Assembly: GCA_951406725.2 (NCBI GenBank) | Contig: OX597837.1 | Location: 2,914,001 to 2,978,000, forward strand | DNA length: 64,000 bases | Direction: 5' to 3' | Origin: Octopus vulgaris | Taxonomy: Eukaryota | Part shown: positions 13,300 to 25,660 of the stretch, piece after piece | Layout: each line of letters begins with the position of its first letter | Numbering within the stretch: the first letter of the stretch is position 1 | The notes under the pieces: generated by a model | Seen by the model: the letters and a program-made list of their open reading frames with translations, nothing else | Told to the model about the DNA's origin: nothing | Databases searched by the model: none | Position numbers and translations under genes: made by a program

Positions 13300-13662
13300 G
13301 TTATATCGGAGTAAACACATAAATGTGAAACAAGGTGGAAAAAATAGTACTCAAATACCAGTGGAAGAGTAATATGCTTTATTTAAAGCAGCAGAAAATT
13401 CAACAAAACCTGTTACGACAACGGGAAATTCAGAGTAAAAGGTTTTGTTGAATTTTCTGCTGCTTTAAATAAAGTATATAGTTATATCTGTAAATGGCGA
13501 AGTTATCTTACTTTAGTTATCTTACCGTTTTTATCAATATACATAATTATATATATATATATCAAATTAGAAAAAAAAACACCTTTTATCAATTCAAAAT
13601 TTGATTTAGTATTTCTAAATTGATTTTTTTCCCTCAATTAATAAACATTATATATATATATA

Positions 13663-13895
13663 TGCAAGGGAACGTTACCGTTGAGTTTGTTCTATTCGAG
13701 ATCGAAAGTGCGGCTGTAGACATTGAGCCAGCTTCACTCTAGATTCTATTGTTGAGCTTGTTTGGAGCTTTGCGTCGCCGAGAAAGGAATCCTTGGACAA
13801 TTCTCTCGTTTCCAGCAATCAGAATATTTACTGGCGGAGTTCGACGACAACGCAGAACACCATTCATTCGTTGTTTACATCTACCAACGGTAAGT
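13663..13895 (+). promoter_or_regulatory. Putative promoter / non-coding first exon of ZNF-A, ending in splice donor CG|GTAAGT (intron about 13890-16822)
   Basis: Relatively CpG-rich 230 bp module present upstream of, and co-oriented with, ZNF-A, B and C. Consensus donor, with a polypyrimidine-TTTCAG acceptor downstream. Confidence 0.65.
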
Positions 13896-14199
13896 TGATA
13901 AATGTTTGTTTTAATGCTGTAGTAATATCATTTAAATAATAGAATTGTGTCCCACTTGTCTGATAAGGTAATCATGGTAATTGTATGAATGGGAACAAAA
14001 TATATAAACGGCATTGGTAAAAGATGTTTTCTTCAAGAATACAGGAATTATACTGAACTGAAAATATTAATAATGTGAAGTATATTTGTCGTGCAGTTAT
14101 TGTCTATACCTCGTTCAGAGATTTATTATTAAAATAATAACAATTTGGGGGAAAATATTTCCATATTCTTTTCTATAGATGATAAAACTTCCGTCTTAT

Positions 14200-14760
14200 G
14201 ATCAAAGCAAAAAAATTGTGCAATAGGTGTAAAACAACTTGCTCTAAACGAATATGAAAAAAAAAAAAACGCGCGCTCGCGAAAGGGGTGGGGGGGGGAG
14301 AGGACTCGGTAAAAAATAACATCGTGAATGTTTCGAGCCGCTTCACCGGGGCCAAGAAACAAAATAAAAATAAAAATAGCGTAATATGTGTAAAACTACT
14401 TGCTGTATACGAAGACGACAAAAAAAAAAATAATAATAAAACGATCGTGAAAGTGTGAGGGAGAGGGGGTGAGAGGACTCGGAAAATTCACATCGTCAAA
14501 CTATGGCCTTTAAATTATAGTGTTTGACTCGAGCCGGGAAAAAAATAGTGTGATTGGTGTAAAACTATTTGCGCTATACGAATATGACAAAAAAAAAACA
14601 AAAAAATGCGCGCTTACGAAGGGGGGTGGGGCTCGGAACCATCACGGTGAGAATTTTCCGAGTCCTCTCCCCCACCCCCTTTCGCGAGCGCGCATTTTTT
14701 TCATATTCGTTTAGAGCAAGTTGTTTTACACGTATTACACTATTTTTATTTTGTTCTTTT
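14200..14760. repeat. Composite repeat in the ZNF-A intron: three direct about 170-bp units plus an inverted unit
   Basis: gtgtaaaac(a/t)acttgc..tacgaatatga..A-tract..gcgcgct..cgaa.gggg recurs at about 14227, 14388 and 14558, and inverted at 14650-14745. Absent from the ZNF-B and ZNF-C introns. Confidence 0.7.
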
Positions 14761-17063
14761 GCTCGGGTAACAATCCTGCTTAGATGCTGTAGATTCAGAG
14801 TCCATAGAGATTTATTGGATACAACATCCCAAACGGTTGGGGAGAGGAGTTTCGGAAAATTCACGCGATCTGACTTTTTTCCCACATAACTTTCAGGAAA
14901 ATGGATATCTTTTAATGAAAATCTATACAAATACTTTTCGAACGACACAGATTATGAATTTGTGGGGAAATTTTCTTCCTAGTGGGGAGGAAGAGGAGTA
15001 TCAGGAAAATGGAGTTTCGGATGAAGACCACGGAATTTCTCAACAAACCCTCGGTTGTTTCCGTGAAAACTCGACAATTCACTTCGGGTATCTTCGTCAC
15101 AGTTGTCTGTCTGTGCGTGCTTACACTCACACACACACAGACAAGAACAAGCATGCACACACACACATAAACGCACAAGCACGCACGCAAACACACACAG
15201 ACAAGAACAAGCATGCACGCACACACAGACAAGAACAAGCACGCACACACACACAACCCATTTGCTTCTTCTCTCATTTTAGCAGCTGTTTGTATAAAAA
15301 CTACCCTAAGGTTACTGTGGCTATTTTAGCAGGGATTTTATGGCTGGATGCTCTTGCTAACCTCAATCCTTCCACAGAGTGGGCTCTGTGCTTGTTACGT
15401 GACACTAGCACTGGTGAGGTTAGTTTTGGCATGGTTTTTACAACTGGATGCCCTTCCAAATACCAACCACATTAGTGTGGAGTGGATGCTTTTGACTTGG
15501 CAGCAGCCATGTATATCAATACAAAATTGTTAAGTTTCAATGTTGAATGTCTACACTTAGTCTGGCCTTGTCTCACGTATCACTCCACCACTACGTCACC
15601 CTAGGTCTGGTTGGGACTTTGCACCAGCCCTAAATTTGGTCTGTGATACCCAGTAAACTATTCTTGTTGGGTTTTTTTTTTCTGCAATTTCAACCAATCA
15701 GTGACGTCTATTGAAGTAAAAAGCATTCTGTGCCTCGTTTAAGAAACAGATTGGGTTTATTTACATTTGTGAAGAAAATAAAGATACCCTTCCCTCCACC
15801 CCTAACCCTAAAACATATTGAAATGCAATAGATCGATACTAGGGTTATAATTATGGGTGACAATTTCATATGACACTGCTAGAAAAACTGCCGTTCAAAC
15901 CGAAAAGTTCCCTATCCTTTAATACGAATAATATTAAGAATGACTGTTAAAGTTTTGGCTAGCCATCAACGGATTATAGCTGAAACTTTGATGTCGCCGT
16001 CAATATTTTCCTTGTTAAAGAATAATTAATTTGGTTGTGTCTGGGGAGAGTCATTTTCTTTTTGTGCCTTATAATGTAACACACGCACCGGTAAAATTTC
16101 CACTTATTTCTTATTTTTATTTTCCTAAAATTTCCGTTGCGTCTTGCAACCTTTTCAATAGTCTTGACTCTGTCCGTTATTTACACTGCATTCCTTTTTG
16201 TTTGTTTGTGCGCTTTTGTGTGGGTCAGTGTGTGTGTGTGTAGCTATATACCATGCAAGTTTTGGCTAGATAGCCATCAACGGATTGTGGCTGAAACTTT
16301 GATGTCGCTGTCAATATTTTTCTTGTTAAAGAATAATAAATTTGTACTCTACCAAATGTACATTAATATATATATATACTACTGAACACTACTTGGTAAA
16401 ATTATTAATTAATTTTACCCTTTTATTATTGACTATATATATATATATAAATATATATATTTATTTATTTACGGAGATGCACTTGCATAGCGAGTGAATT
16501 GATCTGAGATCGTGTGCTGAAACGAAAACAATTGCAGCGTGGAAGATGTTTATAAGCCATTTAAGAAACACCCAAAAACCGTTAGATTCACTTCAACATT
16601 TAAATTTAAGAGATGGAGCACGGAGTTTTGTCAGTGAACAGGTCGCGGTCTCAAAGCGACAAAAGTATTTTGACAAATTAAATTTAAATATTGAAGTGTG
16701 TTTCTTAAATGGCTCATAAACACCTTCCACGCTGCAATTGTTCATATATATATATATTTTAATGTTGAATGTTTACTCTTTAAATATCCTTAATATCTTA
16801 TACTATTTCTATCTCATTTCAGAATATTGGATGGCAATGGCATTTAAGGGATATACCATCAATATTTATCACTTCTAGATAAAAGGAAGATTTTATACAG
16901 ACGTGAAATATTTCTAGAGTGAGACATTGCTCTTCTACATTGTCTGGAATTTGTAGATTCCTTTTTATTCTAATAAAATTTGGACAGATTTTCAAAGGAG
17001 TTTGCCACCGTTTCAATCAATCCAGGAATATATAAAAAGCAGTAAAAATATCCTTACAGAAGT

Positions 17064-19508
17064 ATGGATTTTTCTGAAGAATTACCAAAGGAGACAGAAG
17101 AATCATCGTTCTCTTTAGAATGTACCCTTGCTACTCAAAAGGATATGGATACAGAAGAGAAATTATATCAATGTGATATTTGTGGTAAATCATACTCTAA
17201 AAAACATATTTTAACTAATCACAGACGCATTCATTCCAGGAAAAAGTCACTTGAATGTAATATCTGTGGTAAATTATTCTATTACAAAAGTTATTTAGTT
17301 GATCACTTGCGTATTCATACAGGTGAAAAACCACATCACTGTGATATCTGTGGTAAATCATTCGCGCGTGCTAATGGCTTAACTCGCCATGTACGTATTC
17401 ATACAGGTGAGAAACCATATCAGTGTAATATTTGTGGGGAATCATTCTCTGACAGAGGTAACTTAGATAAACACAGAAATATTCATACTGGCGAGAAATC
17501 ATATCACTGCGATATCTGTGGAAAATCATTCTTTCAAAAGGTTCATTTAATTTCTCACAGACGTATTCATACTGGAGAGAGACCATATCGCTGTGATGTT
17601 TGCGGTAGGTCGTTCTGTAATGGAAGTGCAGTAGCTCTTCACAAAGGTATTCATAGAGACGACAAACCATATCATTGTGATATCTGTGGTAAATCGTTTC
17701 GTCGTAGGAATACATTAAATGTCCACAATCTTGTTCACACAGGGGAAAAACCTTATTGCTGTGATATCTGTGGTAAATCATTCTCTCGGACAAGCCAATT
17801 AAAAATACACAAGAGACACATTCATACAAAAGAAAGACCGTTTGACTGTAATATCTGTGGTAAATCACTTACTCGTAGAAGTGCATTAACTGTTCACAAA
17901 CGTATTCATACCGGGGAAAAACCATATCACTGTGATATCTGTAGTAAATCATTCTCTCACGCAAATGCTTTAACTGTACACAAACGTATTCATACAGGGG
18001 AAAAACCTTATTGCTGTGATATCTGTGGTAAATCATTCCCTGTAAGTAATGCTTTAACTGTCCACAAACGTACTCATTCGGGAGGAAAAGGATATGAATG
18101 TGATATCTGTGGTAAAATATTCTCTTTTAGAAGTACATTAATTATTCATAAGCGTGTTCATTCAGGGGAAAAACCGTATCGTTGTGTCATCTGTGGTAAG
18201 ACTTTCAGCCAAACAAGTCAGTTAACAGTTCACAGACGTACTCATACAGGGGAAAGACCATATCGCTGTAATATCTGTGATAAATCATTCACCTATGGAA
18301 GTACACTGAAGTTTCACAAGCGTATTCATACCGAGGAAAAACCATATCACTCTGATATTTGTGATAAATCATTCTCTGGAACTAGTGACTTAGCGATACA
18401 CAGCAGACGTATTCACATAAAAGAGAAAACCTATACCTGTAATATCTGTGGAAAATCATTCTCTACTGGAAGTGCATTAACTACTCACAAACGTATTCAT
18501 ATAGGGGAAAGGCCATATCATTGTAGTGTCTGTGGTAAATCCTTCTCTCGAAATTCTGGCTTAATTAAACACATGTGTTTTCATACAGGTGATAAGCCAT
18601 TTCACTGCGATATCTGTGGTAAATCATACACTCGTAGAAATGCATTAACTGTTCATAAACGTGTTCATACAGGAGAAAAACCTTACCACTGTAATATCTG
18701 TGGTAAATCATTCTCAAAAAAATATCTCTTAACTGTACATAGAAACACTCATACGGGAGAGAAATCATATGATTGTAAGATCTTTGGTAAATCCTTATCT
18801 CAGACAAGTCATTTAACTGTTCATAGTCGTACTCATACAGGTGAGAAACCATTCCATTGTGATATCTGTGGGAAATCTTTCTCTTACAGTAAGGCTCTAA
18901 CAAAGCATGTGCATCTTCATACTGGTGAGAAGGGATATCACTGCGATATCTGTGGTAAATCATACGCTAGTATATATACACTAACTACTCATAAACGTGT
19001 TCATACAGGAGAAAAACCTTACCACTGTGATATCTGTGGTAAATCGTTCACCAAAAAAAACCTCTTAACTGTACATAAAAACACTCATACAGGAGAGAAA
19101 TCATATGATTGTAAGATCTGTGGCAAATCTTTATCTCAGCCATATCATTTAACTGTTCATCGTCGTATTCATACAGGCGAGAAACCATTTCACTGTGAGA
19201 TATGTGATAAATCATTCGCTCAAACAGCTCATTTAACAATTCACAGACGTAGTCATACAGGAGATAAACCCTATAAGTGTGATATCTGTGGTAAATGTTT
19301 CTCTCAAAAGAATGATTTAACTAAGCACAAGCGTGTTCATACAGGAGAAAAGCCGTATCAGTGTAATATATGTGGTCAATCATTCTCTGTAAATAATGCT
19401 TTAACTGGCCACAAACGTATTCATACAGGAGAGAAACCTTATCGCTGTGAGATCTGTGGTAAATCATTTCCTCGCAGTTCTGACTTAACTGCACACAAAT
19501 GTGTTTGA
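17064..19508 (+). CDS. Poly-C2H2 zinc-finger protein (ZNF-A), 814 aa, about 28 finger units, single coding exon
   Basis: Long ORF of tandem CxxC-x12-HxxxH units with TGEKPY linkers. Short acidic N-terminus [13 protein letters not shown]. Two fingers lack a Cys (YHSDIC, CKIFGK). Putative splice acceptor TTTCAG ends at 16822. Confidence 0.95.
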   Translation: MDFSEELPKETEESSFSLECTLATQKDMDTEEKLYQCDICGKSYSKKHILTNHRRIHSRKKSLECNICGKLFYYKSYLVDHLRIHTGEKPHHCDICGKSFARANGLTRHVRIHTGEKPYQCNICGESFSDRGNLDKHRNIHTGEKSYHCDICGKSFFQKVHLISHRRIHTGERPYRCDVCGRSFCNGSAVALHKGIHRDDKPYHCDICGKSFRRRNTLNVHNLVHTGEKPYCCDICGKSFSRTSQLKIHKRHIHTKERPFDCNICGKSLTRRSALTVHKRIHTGEKPYHCDICSKSFSHANALTVHKRIHTGEKPYCCDICGKSFPVSNALTVHKRTHSGGKGYECDICGKIFSFRSTLIIHKRVHSGEKPYRCVICGKTFSQTSQLTVHRRTHTGERPYRCNICDKSFTYGSTLKFHKRIHTEEKPYHSDICDKSFSGTSDLAIHSRRIHIKEKTYTCNICGKSFSTGSALTTHKRIHIGERPYHCSVCGKSFSRNSGLIKHMCFHTGDKPFHCDICGKSYTRRNALTVHKRVHTGEKPYHCNICGKSFSKKYLLTVHRNTHTGEKSYDCKIFGKSLSQTSHLTVHSRTHTGEKPFHCDICGKSFSYSKALTKHVHLHTGEKGYHCDICGKSYASIYTLTTHKRVHTGEKPYHCDICGKSFTKKNLLTVHKNTHTGEKSYDCKICGKSLSQPYHLTVHRRIHTGEKPFHCEICDKSFAQTAHLTIHRRSHTGDKPYKCDICGKCFSQKNDLTKHKRVHTGEKPYQCNICGQSFSVNNALTGHKRIHTGEKPYRCEICGKSFPRSSDLTAHKCV

Positions 19509-19804
19509 TCTAATGAAGAACTTTATAACAGTGATATTTGTAATAAATAACTCATTTACTCAAAAATGTCCTTTGTGGAGTGAGTGAGAAATGGACAGAC
19601 ACATCAGCACTCTAATGTTGTCAGCAACACGACAGCCTCTCTAGTGCTGGCTCCAAAGTAAAATACATCCTGTACATTGTGAAATTGATGGTGATACGTA
19701 GGGCAGCCAGCCACAAAAACCATATTCCCTGAAGCAAACCATACATATGACTTTGTTTAAAACATGAAGTAGAGGTTTTTTTCTTTTTGTTTTCACTTCG
19801 ATAG

Positions 19805-19975
19805 TAACAAACTTATTCACACAAATGTTGAAAGGATTTTACTATGATGTCTGGTAAATCATTCCCTCATGGAAACACCTTAACTACTCACAGGTATGAT
19901 TGTACAGGTGAGAAACCATTTCACTCCAATATCAGTGGTAAGTCATTCACTTCAAAATACACATTAGTAAACAAG
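19805..19975 (+). pseudogene. Degenerate fingers in the ZNF-A 3' region (homologues at about 25920-26095 minus and 49960-50090)
   Basis: ORF 19844-20038 SGKSFPHGNTLTTHRYDCTGEKPFHSNISGKSFTS is a finger pattern without Cys ligands. Confidence 0.75.
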
Positions 19976-20408
19976 ACAAGAATGAGCTCTGAGGTGTCTT
20001 CACGCATGCAAATGGACATTTGGACTATTGGAATGTAAGCATTACACAATACTAATAAAGGAGCAACCAAAATCCCCAAAATGAATGAAAACTAACTAAA
20101 TACTTCTATGTAGACAATGTACTCAATATAACAGGTAGCAGACTCTTGCAGTGGGACTGAACCTAAAACAATGTTTTTGGGATGCAGATATCTTACCACA
20201 GCCACATCTATGCCTAAAAATGCAGTTTTAGTTTGGGACTTCAATTCTAAAATGATTTTTTTGTAATTTATCTTTGGCTTGCAATTATCATAACCACATC
20301 CTAGTAACCAGTGTATTGTGAGTTAATTTTTTTATTTTCATTTATTAATGTTTATATATTTTTTTCTAAACAGTCACTTATATTATCCAACATATTCCAT
20401 TACTTTTG

Positions 20409-20948
20409 ATTGACTCCTTGTTCAATCAGCTTCAAATCTTTATCTGATTATTTACCAAATAATGGTCATCACTGCACCATTTATAGAACATTGTGCTTTT
20501 CCAGAAGTTTTCTTTTCTCTGTGATGATTGGTTACATGAAACTTGGAGTAAAATTTTTTCAGTTTCAATAAAACACTCTATTATATTCTATCTTTGGTCT
20601 TTGAGTTCTGTTTTCTCCAGCTTCTTTTGCACCTGAATACATTCACACATCTCTCACTCTCAGCTGGTTTGTCTGTCTGTCTGTCTATTTATTTATTTGC
20701 AGTTTCACTCATATTTCAGTAGCAAATACGCAGTGTGTACTTGACCAAAAAATGGTGGTGACACCCACCCCCCCTAAAATAGTTACATAAAGACAACATA
20801 CACATCTGCCTAACTTAACAAGAGCCATTCCAATGTCTGTGCAATGTGTGGGCATGGGGGAAAGTCCTTGCATCCTCTACAAAACCAGACTTGGAGAATT
20901 TTCAGTGATCTGAATATGTAAATGCTTGACCCATTAGCATTTATCTCT
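20409..20948 (+). repeat. About 540 bp segment duplicated downstream of ZNF-D (50377-50935)
   Basis: Near-identical from ttgactccttgttcaatcagc to ccattagcatttatctctg. Confidence 0.88.
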
Positions 20949-21039
20949 GATGCATTTTGAAATCAAGTCAGTACCTGTCAGCTAATTGGAAGCAAACAAG
21001 CAGGTTTGTGAGGCTTTTACACCTTTCTTCTATTGCCAA

Positions 21040-21332
21040 GTCTCACACAATCTAGATGTTCACGCTGAGAGTTGCTGAAGTATGGAACAAACTGCCGGCA
21101 TCAGTTGTTAGTTGTCGGAGCACTGCATCCTTCAAAACTTCCATGCTTCCTGAGATTCGCCAACACTACACCTGATTTTCTCCCCTCCATACACACGCAA
21201 GCGTGTATCTGACTCATACACTGTTCACTTCCCAGACATTTGTACATTACTGCATACACTTTATACACACTTTCTGACAAGTTGTGGTGCACCTGAGCAC
21301 TGTATACAATAATTTCATTATTATTATTATTA
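21040..21332 (+). mobile_element. CR1/L2-like LINE 3' tail
   Basis: LRVAEVWNKLPASVV..SFK motif followed by a UTR ending in (ATT)n. Confidence 0.6.
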
Positions 21333-21564
21333 TGTGCATGCAAAATGCCATTGCAATCACCCACTAGCAACCAGGTGAGTTAGACTTTCACCTGTAATCC
21401 GTTTCTTCTTCCTTTCACAGGTATTGCTGTGGCTCTTGTTGTTTTTGCACTGATTCAAATAGATTTTGCCAGGTGTAAAATGAAGTATGATTTGGGTTTT
21501 CAACTCTTGTAGTATCAAAATGAAGCATACTGCAACAATATATACATCATCTGCTTTCTTAAAC

Positions 21565-22320
21565 CTATTTCTTTACTACCTACAAGGGGCTAAACACAGA
21601 GGAGACAAACGGATTAAGTTGATTACATCGACCCTAGTGCGTAACTGGTACTTAATTTATGGACCCCGAAATGATGAAAGGCAAAGTCGACTTCGGTGGA
21701 ATTTGAACTCAGAACGTAACGGCAGATGAAACACTGCTAAGCATTTCTCCTGGCGCGCTAACGTTTCTGCCAGCTTTCTTAAACCTGAGAGAGAGAGAGA
21801 GAGTTAACATATCAAGCCACCTGAGACAACACTTAGTTTTGTGATACAAATTCACTGTCTTAGATCTAAATTGAAACCTGACATCAGAATTTGTTAATTT
21901 ATGATCTAGAAAAGGTGGTGAGCTGGCAGAAACGTTAGCACGCCGGGCAAAATGCTTAGCGGATCGTTCTGAGTTCAAATTCCGCCGAGGTCAACTTTGC
22001 CTTTCATCCTTTCAGGGTCATTAAATAAAGTACCAGTTACGCACTGGGGTCGATGTAAACGACTTAAGTCTTTGTTTGTCCCCTCTATGTTTAGACCCTT
22101 GTGGGCAATACAGAAATAAGAATTGCTAGCACAGTGAGCAAAATCTTTTGCAGTATTTTGTCCATCTGTATTTTTTGAGTTCAAATTTCACCAAGGTCAA
22201 CTTTGCTTTCCATCGTTTTGGGTTGATAAAATAAGTATCAGTTGAACACTGGGATTCATGTAATTGACTTTAACCTTTCCCCAAAACCTGCAGGCCTTGT
22301 GCCAGAACTTGAAACCAATT
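21565..22320. mobile_element. Cluster of SINE family 2 copies in both orientations
   Basis: Same core as 2894-3476. Confidence 0.75.
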
Positions 22321-22342
22321 TAGGTTTCAAATACCAGCTTAA

Positions 22343-22562
22343 CCCTTTCATTACTGTATTTATTTTGAGATGCTGTGTTTCTTTCAATTAAGTTTAAATA
22401 TAACAAAGAATTTAGTAAAATAACTTGGTTATCATTCAGCTTAGTGTTAGGAACATAAATTGTGACTAAGGTTTGGTGGAAGATTTTACTTCAAAACTTA
22501 TGAAAACAAGACATTTGTACTCAGAGCCAGAGCCAGTTTCAGCTGGGTTGGTAATGAAAGGG
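22343..22562. mobile_element. piggyBac-like 220 bp MITE
   Basis: CCCTTTC..TAC TIRs and TTAA TSD. Copies at 24127-24347 and 54358-54576. Confidence 0.8.
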
Positions 22563-22743
22563 TTAATAACGACAAGATTATTTTAACATTTAAATCTGTC
22601 ATATCCAGCCCAAATGGTCTACCTGTTTTATGTTCAAACTGACCAGATCCAGTCTCTCCCACCTGCTCTACAATGTCATTCTAAAATTAAATGATTACAT
22701 CTTCAAAATCAAGATAATACGTGATTAATTTTTTAAAATATGG

Positions 22744-22909
22744 AGGCACAGGAGTGGCTGTGTGGTAAGTAGCTTGCTAACCAACCACATGGTTCCGGGT
22801 TCAGTCCCACTGCGTGGCATCTTGGGCAAGTGTCTTCTGCTATAGCCCCGGGCCGACCAATGCCTTGTGAGTGGATTTGGTAGACGGAAACTGAAAGAAG
22901 CCTGTCGTA

Positions 22910-22952
<43 letters not shown>

Positions 22953-23140
22953 TTGTCCCCCTAGCATTGCTTGACAACCGATGCTGGTGTGTTTATGTCC
23001 CCGTTACTTAGCGCTTCGGCAAAAGAGACCGACAGAATAAGTACTGGGCTTACAAAAGAATAAGTCCCAAGGTCGAGTTGCTCGACTAAAGGCTGTGCTC
23101 CAGCATGGCCATAGTCAAATGACTGAAACAAGTAAAAGAG
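22744..23140 (+). mobile_element. SINE family 1
   Basis: Full-length copy. Degenerate relatives at 24747-24900 and 25222-25460. Confidence 0.85.
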
Positions 23141-24126
23141 ACATGAACATTACATTTGATTAATTAATCTGAATGCTAAAAGGTTAATAAAGCCTTCGTT
23201 ATTAAAGAAATAGATTAAAATAAAAGTAGAAAATTTCACAATTTACAAAAGAATGTTTAGCAGGGAGACCAAACTGATAGATTGGTAACCTGCTAAAATA
23301 AACATTGAAAATCGAAAGGAGAAAGTAAAGAGCTTTGCAAGTTTAACTCAGTGTTTATTGAACAAGAGAGGTGCAAAATTGAAGTGACTTGTTAGAATAT
23401 ACATGTCTGTAAGAATAGCAAAAGTCTACAATACCAAAAGAATTGGGAATACATTACAAGTGTTCTACGAAGTGAACATATGATTGCTGTATAATTCAAC
23501 ATGAATGTGAAATAACATTAAACATCGTATAAGGTAAATGAAGGTTTCTGTGTGAAAGCTAAAATTTGTATTCACTTGGTGAGTTTACATACGCGAGGAT
23601 CATCATCATTTAACGTCCGCTTTCCATGCTAGCATGGGTTGGATGGTTTGACTGGGGTCTGGTAAGCCATGGAGGCTGCACTAGGCTTTAGTCTGATTTG
23701 GCAGTGTTTCTACAGCTGGATGCCCTTCCTAACGCCAACCACTCCGTGAGTGTAGTGGGTGCTTTTTACGTGACACCGGCACAGGGGCCAGAGCAGGCTG
23801 GCAAACGGCCACGATCGGTTGGTGCTTTTACGTGTCACCGACATGGACGCCAGTCAAACAGCTAAATTAATAATTATATATATTTGTATATAATCATATA
23901 CAGTGGTTAGAGCGTCGAGCTTACGATCATGAGGTTGTGATCTTGACTCCCGGACCGGACCGCGCGCTGCGTTCCCCAGCAAGACACTCTACTAGTATCA
24001 GAGCAGGTAGCGATGATATCTATGGTGATGAATTTCATTGTATAGTAATGCAGAGAAAGCAAGCAATAGCTCCCTGTTGCATAAGCAAATTAGACTCCCG
24101 AAGCGGAGGAAAATTAATCTATTTAA

Positions 24127-24347
24127 CCCTTTCGTTACCGTATTTATTTTGAGAAGCTCTATGTTTCTTTCAACTATTTTAAATATAACAGAGAATTTAG
24201 TAAAATAACTTAGTTATCATTCAGCTAGTGTTAGGAACATAAATTGTGACTAAGGTTTGGTGGAAGATTTTTATTCAGAATGTATGAAAACAAGACATTT
24301 GTACTACAGAGCCAGAGGCGGTTTCAGCCGGGTTGGTAACGAAAGGG
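24127..24347. mobile_element. piggyBac-like 220 bp MITE
   Basis: TTAA|CCCTTTCGTTACC...GGTAACGAAAGGG|TTAA. Confidence 0.82.
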
Positions 24348-25604
24348 TTAAGGAAATTGTTGGGCTCCACAGAGATGTGAAATGCTTTTCTGCTAAGAGA
24401 ACATGTGATCCATTTGAATGTGTCTGATTGGTTGTCTGGGTGATTTAGCTTGATTGTTTAGGGGACAAATTGCACCTGAAAAACTAATTAATAAGAGCAA
24501 ATGGCTAAAACACAAGCTTTATAGCTAAGTGTTTTCTGCCATATCCAAACAACAACTATAAATAAAAGGGAGAGAGAATGGTCAGTCATTTATGCTTTTG
24601 TCAATCCATTCTGCTACAGGCTTAGATAGTCATATCCAGCCCAAATATTCTACATCTTTTAGGTTCAAATCAACCATCTAAAAAAAAAAAGAAAGTCACA
24701 TCTTTGAAATTTTGAAGTTTGAGATAATGCATGAATAATTAAAAATGGGCATGGCTGTGTGGTTAGGGAGCTTGCTTCCTAACTGCATGGTTTCGGGTTG
24801 TCCCACTGGTTGGCACTTTGGGTAGGTGTCTTCCGCTATAGCACCGAGCCGACCGGAGCTTTGTGATTGAATTCGGTAGCCGGAGTTACTGCCGTGTGCG
24901 TATGTGTGCGTATAGCTGCTCAGTGCCTCTCCAAAAGAGAGAGAGGGAATGTGAATAAATAAGTATGTCATTTGGAAGAGGAATTTGAATACTAAAGGGT
25001 CAAAAGTCGTTCTCTTTCGATTGATGAATAGCCTATTGTTTTGAAGTTATTCATTTCTTTGCTACCCACAAGGGGCTAAACATAGAGGGCAATTGTTTTG
25101 AAGTTATTATGCTAGCATCAGGGAAAGGAAAGCATTTCTTTTAATGTATATATGCATGTGTATACACACCCAAACCCATGCACACACACACACACGTATG
25201 TGTGTGTGTATATACACACACACAGTGTGGTAAGTAGTTTGCCCCACGACCACATGGTCCTGAGTTCAGTCCCACTGCATGGCCAAGTAAGTGTCTTCTG
25301 CTTTAGCCTTGGGAGAGGATTTGGTAAATGGAAACTGAAAGAAGCCTGTCCTGTGTATACATCTCTGTGCGTCTCCTTGTTTGATATCTTGTTGTAGTGG
25401 TGAATGATTGTCACTGCCTCAAAAACTCTGTTTGACCCATGGAAAAATGGGGGTTAAAACGATGATTATATACCAATGTCTAACAACTTATTGTAGGCAC
25501 AGGCATCGCATACAGACTATTGTGTAAGTCAGCATCTGAGAACTGAGAATAAACCTGGTGTCCACCCGGATAACATATCCCTGCAAACTCACTGACACAC
25601 ACAA

Positions 25605-25660
<56 letters not shown>

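Noticed and set aside
14837-15475. 212-aa ORF in the ZNF-A intron
   Set aside because: It runs through a CA-rich repeat and an old RTE-tail copy, and is not preserved in the homologous ZNF-C intron.
17064-17165. KRAB/BTB/SCAN/ZAD effector domain at the ZNF N-termini
   Set aside because: The leaders are only about 15-35 aa and are partly an eroded finger. No such domain is recognisable, so no gene symbol was assigned.
17371-19239. Antisense ORFs MIYHRYH... overlapping the ZNF genes (also at 26429-28357, 32980-34026, 47529-48905, 62744-63598)
   Set aside because: Shadow frames of the 84-bp finger repeat, with no independent coding evidence.
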